Source: Macrostomum lignano (Eukaryota). Taken from it: a stretch of DNA of 64,000 nt. The notes beneath the pieces are model-generated. The model worked only from the letters and a program-made list of their open reading frames with translations. It made no database searches and was not told the origin of the DNA. The stretch is from NCBI GenBank assembly GCA_002269645.1, contig NIVC01001856.1, forward strand, positions 165,695 to 229,694, written 5' to 3'. Numbering within the stretch: position 1 is the stretch's first letter; each line of letters starts with the position of its first letter. This document shows, in pieces, positions 61,690 to 64,000 of this stretch. The translations under genes and the position numbers were made by a program.

Positions 61690-64000
61690 CGGGTGGATTT
61701 GAGATGGTTTTCATGCGGTGGATTTGAGATGGTTTCATGGCGGGATTTGAGATGGTTTCAATGGGGGGATTTGAGATGGATTCCAGGGGGGATTTGAGAT
61801 GGTTGTCATGGGGGATTTGAGATGGTTTCATGGGGGGATTTGAGATGGATTCCAGGGGGGATTTGAGATGGTTTCATGGGGGATTTGAGATGGATTCCAG
61901 GGGGGATTTGAGATGGATTCCAGGGGGGATTTGAGATGGTTTCATGGGGGGATTTGAGATGGTTTCATGGGGAGGATTTGAGATGGTTTCATGGGGAGGA
62001 TTTGAGATGGTTTCATGGGGGATTTGAGATGGATTCCAGGGGGATTTGAGATGGTTTCATGGGGGATTTGAGATGGTTTCATGGGGAGGATTTGAGATGG
62101 TTTCATGGGGGGATTTGAGATGGTTTCATGGGGAGGATTTGAGATGGTTTCATGGGGGGATTTGAGATGGTTTCATGGGGGATTTGAGATGGATTCCAGG
62201 GGGATTTGAGATGGTTTCATGGGGGATTTGAGATGGTTTCATGGGGGATTTGAGATGGATTCCAGGGGAGATTTGAGATGGTTTCATGGGGGATTTGAGA
62301 TGGATTCCAGGGGGGATTTGAGATGGATTCCAGGGGGGATTTGAGATGGTTTCATGGGGGATTTGAGATGGATTCCAGGGGGATTTGAGATGGTTTCATG
62401 GGGGATTTGAGATGGATTCCAGGGGGGTTTGAGATGGTTTCATGGGGGATTTGAGATGGATTCCAGGGGGGATTTGAGATGGATTCCAGGGGGATTTGAG
62501 ATGGTTTCATGGGGGGATTTGAGATGGTTTCATGGGGATTTGAGATGGTTTCATGGGGATTTGAGATGGTTTCATGGGGGGATTTAAGATGGTTTCATGG
62601 GGGGATTTGAGATGGTTTCATGGGGGATTTGAGATGGTTTCATGGGGGGATTTGAGATGGTTTCATGGGGGATTTGAGATGGTTTCATGGGAGATTTGAG
62701 ATGGTTTCATGGGGGATTTGAGATGGATTCCAGGGGAGATTTGAGATGGTTTCATGGGGATTTGAGATGGATTCCAGGGGGATTTGAGATGGTTTCATGG
62801 GGGGATTTGAGATGGATTCCAGGGGGGATTTGAGATGGTTTCATGGGGATTTGAGATGGATTCCAGGGGGGGATTTGAGATGGATTCCAGGGGGGATTTG
62901 AGATGGTTTCATGGGGGATTTGAGATGGTTTCATGGGGATTTGAGATGGTTTCATGGGGATTTGAGATGGTTTCATGGGGGGATTTGAGATGGTTTCATG
63001 GGGGATTTGAGATGGTTTCATGGGGGATTTGAGATGGTTTCATGGGGGGATTTGAGATGGTTTCATGGGGGGATTTGAGATGGATTCCAGGGGGATTTGA
63101 GATGGTTTCATGGGGGATTTGAGATGGATTCCAGGGGGGATTTGAGATGGATTCCAGGGGGGATTTGAGATGGTTTCATGGGGGGATTTGAGATGGTTTC
63201 ATGGGGGATTTGAGATGGATTCCAGGGGGATTTGAGATGGATTCCAGGGGGATTTGAGATGGTTTCATGGGGGGATTTGAGATGGATTCCAGGGGGATTT
63301 GAGATGGTTTCATGGGGGATTTGAGATGGATTCCAGGGGGGATTTGAGATGGTTTCATGGGGGATTTGAGATGGATTCAGGGGGGATTTGAGATGGATTC
63401 CAGGGGGGATTTGAGATGGTTTCATGGGGGATTTGAGATGGTTTCATGGGGGATTTGAGATGGTTTCATGGGGGATTTGAGATAGTTTCATGGGGGATTT
63501 GAGATGGTTTCATGGGGATTTGAGATGGTTTCATGGGGGGATTTGAGATAGTTTCATGGGGGATTTGAGATGGTTTCATGGGGATTTGAGATGGATTCCA
63601 GGGGAGATTTGAGATGGTTTCATGGGGATTTGAGATGGATTCCAGGGGGATTTGAGATGGATTCCAGGGGGGATTTGAGATGGTTTCATGGGGGGATTTG
63701 AGATGGATTCCAGGGGGGATTTGAGATGGTTTCATGGGGGATTTAAGATGGATTCCAGGGGGGATTTGAGATGGTTTCATGGGGGATTTGAGATGGATTC
63801 CAGGGGGGATTTGAGATGGATTCCAGGGGGGATTTGAGATGGTTTCATGGGGGGATTTGAGATGGTTTCATGGGGGATTTGAGATGGTTTCATGGGGGAT
63901 TTGAGATGGTTTCATGGGGGGATTTAAGATGGTTTCATGGGGGATTTGAGATGGATTCCAGGGGGGATTTGAGATGGTTTCATGGGGGATTTGAGATGGT
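61690..64000. repeat. 21-23-bp minisatellite with two interspersed variants (runs off the window end)
   Basis: GGATTTGAGATGGTTTCATGG(G)n and GGATTTGAGATGGATTCCAGG(G)n. Confidence 0.97.

Overview
This is eukaryotic (metazoan) genomic DNA, not prokaryotic. It has GC-rich, GT-AG spliced exons separated by introns packed with mini/microsatellites, SINEs and LINE fragments. The overall style resembles the free-living flatworm Macrostomum (inference, not provable from this window). All convincing genes lie on the minus strand: two paralogous small secreted 6-Cys peptides (4.7-5.0 kb and 9.9-10.1 kb, inside diverged duplicated units), a 3-Ig-domain type I membrane protein (23.2-24.5 kb), a SCHIP1 homolog (26.4-37.5 kb, at least 6 exons), a thimet oligopeptidase/neurolysin M3A peptidase (45.0-48.6 kb, 4 exons, 674 aa), SPRTN/DVC1 (50.0-51.4 kb) and mitochondrial tyrosyl-tRNA synthetase YARS2 (52.9-57.3 kb, 6 exons, 495 aa). 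Mobile DNA includes an Ingi/I-group LINE with RNase H, two RTE-like LINE fragments, a nested R1/Loa-like LINE end with a 13-bp TSD, and two tRNA-derived SINE families (one CORE-like). Most long ORFs in the supplied track are artefacts of tandem repeats. The top leads are the unrecognised secreted Cys-rich peptide family and an SPRTN coding exon with no genomic start codon, whose in-frame splice acceptor would fit initiation at the 3'-terminal AUG of a flatworm spliced leader.
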